Assembly: GCF_009914755.1 (NCBI RefSeq)
Contig: NC_060948.1
Reading direction: 5' to 3' (one strand)
Source of the DNA: the human T2T-CHM13v2.0 reference genome, Homo sapiens
DNA: 64,000 nucleotides
The notes beneath the pieces were generated by a model. The model searched no databases, had not been told where the DNA came from, and saw only the letters and a program-made list of their open reading frames with translations. Made by a program: the position numbers and the translations under genes. Below are positions 18,700 to 64,000 of this stretch, one piece after another (positions within the stretch are counted from its first letter, which is position 1; each line of letters opens with the position of its first letter).

Positions 18700-20978
18700 T
18701 AGCTGGGACTACACCACACTGGGACTACACCAGCTGCCACCATGCCTAGCTAATTTTTTGGATTTTTAGTAGTGACAGCCTTTCACTGTATTGGCCAGGA
18801 TGATCTTGATCTCTTCACCTTGTGATCCCCTTGCCTTGGCCTCCAAATTTGCTGGGATTACAGGCCTGAGCCAAGATCCATATTTTTTAAATGAAAAAAA
18901 ATTTCAAAGGTACTCTGCTTGGTACAATAATCAAATGTATAAACTGAGGAATAAAACATAACCATGAAACCTACTTATAACTGCATATGGAAAATACAGA
19001 GGATAATTTTTTAAATAACATATTTTGAAAGCCTTAACTAGTAATTTGAAGAGTTGGCATTTGAAAGGCCAGTATGAATATACCTTCAAAGCAGCAACAC
19101 AGGTTCCCCATGAGAAAAAGCAAACACAGGGAAAATAAAAACACAAAGGTTCAATCTCTTCTGACCTTTGAAAGACACAGCACAGACAGTGGTCCTTAGG
19201 ACGAAGAGCAGGAGACCCCTAATTCCGTCACCATGGCGATAGGGCATAAACATTGCTGGGTGAGGGCACAATCCACATTGTGAGGTCCAACTGCTGCCAG
19301 GAAGACAGGAGTGCTTTTACATAGACCGAAAGGTCATTGAAGGCTCAGAGTTTTGTTTCAAGAACTGAATCCCAAGCCCACACGTTATTAGGCTGCGCTT
19401 CTTAAAACAAGTTATGAGATGGGAAAAAGGGCACCCACAAACATACGTATACATTATGTATATAATAATATACAGTATCATATATATAATATATATAACC
19501 TATGTATAATACTGTTTTACATCCTGCATCTTATGTTATATACATTGCATAAAATATAATAATTGATAATATATAAGTTTTATAATTATGCAATATGACA
19601 TATGGTATATATTATAATTTATGACATATATAATATATGTTATATATCATATATAGAATATATTATACGGTTAATATACGTATTAAATATAAATTATACA
19701 TTATATATATTATATATAATATATCTGTTATATATAATACCCATTATGCATAATATATATATTATGTCTATGTTATATATAGTATAAAACAACATATAAT
19801 AATATATAATTGTATATATAAAATGCGACATATAATATATATTATATTGTATAACATATGTAATATATATTATATATTATATATAATACGTTGTATGTAT
19901 AATACATATATTAAATATATATTATATGACTATGTTATTAATTACATGTCACATGTGTTATATATTATATATTTTACATAGAATATACCTGTTACATACA
20001 ATATATACTATGTTACCTATAATGTATAATTTATTACATGTAAAATAAAGAATGCAATATATTATGTATAATTTATAATATACAATATGTGGAATGTGAT
20101 ATATATAACATATAATATATGATATATGATATACAGTATATGATATATAACATACAATATATGATTCCTAATATATATGGTATACAATATATATTTTATG
20201 ATATGTATTCTATATGTTTTATATTCTGTTATATATAACTATTTGAAATTATATATAACTGTATAATATTTTATGTAAATATGTAATATAATATATATAA
20301 CTATATAATATATTATATATAACTATATATTATGTTATATATACTTTTATAACATAATTTACATAAAATATCATAATATAATATATATTATATTATTTCA
20401 TATTACATAGTATATATTACATATCACCCAATATAACTAACATACATAATATTATAATATAGATTATATTGTGTTATATTAAATATCATATATATCATGT
20501 ATCATATATTCTATAATATATATTACACATTATATAATATGTATGTTGTCTATTATGTGATATATATAACTCTATATATAATTATATTTTTATACATATA
20601 ACTAGATAAACATGTAATTCTACATATTTTCATTTATAATATGTAGAATTATATAATCATATATAATTATTTATATTCTATAAAAAATTTTATCATTATA
20701 TAAATTATAATATATAAAAATTATAATATGTACTACAAATATATATATTATATATCATATATGATATAGTACCTTTGTTATATATCATAATACATATAAA
20801 TGTGTATTATGTTATCTATAATTATATAATTTCATATATAAGATGTATAATATGTATCATATATTATATATGTTATGTAATATATATAGTATATATAAGA
20901 TGACACAGGATAAATATTATATACTATGACATATAAAATATATGAGGTTATATGTTACATATAAGGCATAGCACATAA

Positions 20979-21119
<141 letters not shown>

Positions 21120-21787
21120 TAGCTGGGACTACACCACACTGGGACTACACCAGCTGCCACCATGCCTAGCTAATTTTTTGGATTTTTAGTAGTGACAGCG
21201 TTTCACTGTATTGGCCAGGATGGTCTTGATCTCTTCACCTTGTGATCCCCTTGCCTTGGCCTCCAAATTTGCTGGGATTACAGGCCTGAGCCAAGATCCA
21301 TATTTTTTAAATGAAAAAAAATTTCAAAGGTACTCTGCTTGGTACAATAATCAAATGTATAAACTGAGGAATAAAACATAACCATGAAACCTGCTTATAA
21401 CTGCATATGGAAAATACAGAGGATAATTTTTTAAATAACATATTTTGAAAGCCTTAACTAGTAATTTGAAGAGTTGGCATTTGAAAGGCCAGTATGAATA
21501 TACCTTCAAAGCAGCAACACAGGTTCCCCATGAGAAAAAGCAAACACAGGGAAAATAAAAACACAAAGGTTCAATCTCTTCTGACCTTTGAAAGACACAG
21601 CACAGACAGTGGTCCTTAGGACGAAGAGCAGGAGACCCCTAATTCCGTCACCATGGCGATAGGGCATAAACATTGCTGGGTGAGGGCACAATCCACATTG
21701 TGAGGTCCAACTGCTGCCAGGAAGACAGGAGTGCTTTTACATAGACCGAAAGGTCATTGAAGGCTCAGAGTTTTGTTTCAAGAACTG

Positions 21788-64000
<42,213 letters not shown>

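Noticed and set aside
19602-19787. 61-aa plus-strand ORF rich in I/Y/N
   Set aside because: Translation of TA-rich simple sequence. The start codon arises from a single private A>G in unit 9.

Overview
The whole window is one uninterrupted head-to-tail tandem array of a ~2.42 kb unit: 26 complete copies of 2412-2431 bp plus a partial 27th, all in the same orientation. Each unit has three parts: ~1.56 kb of degenerate AT-rich simple sequence, a diverged antisense Alu (~290 bp) and ~570 bp of HSATI-type sequence. This architecture, the unit length and a predicted ~2.15 kb major HaeIII fragment identify it as the DYZ2 / HSat1B composite satellite, most likely from human Yq12 heterochromatin. I see no credible protein-coding gene, RNA gene or CRISPR array; the listed ORFs are repeat artefacts. 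I found no new gene system. The informative signal is in the variants between units: nested higher-order duplications (2-unit 4833 bp, 4-unit 9657 bp and 9674 bp), a long-range related unit pair, mosaic units, a fold-back (template-switch) palindrome unique to unit 1, and a clustered AT>GC tract in unit 9. Unit starts (at AATCCCAAGC): 1, 2432, 4852, 7272, 9692, 12112, 14532, 16950, 19368, 21788, 24201, 26621, 29034, 31454, 33873, 36286, 38699, 41111, 43530, 45943, 48356, 50768, 53189, 55609, 58022, 60442, 62863. All comparisons were made by eye, not by computed alignment.
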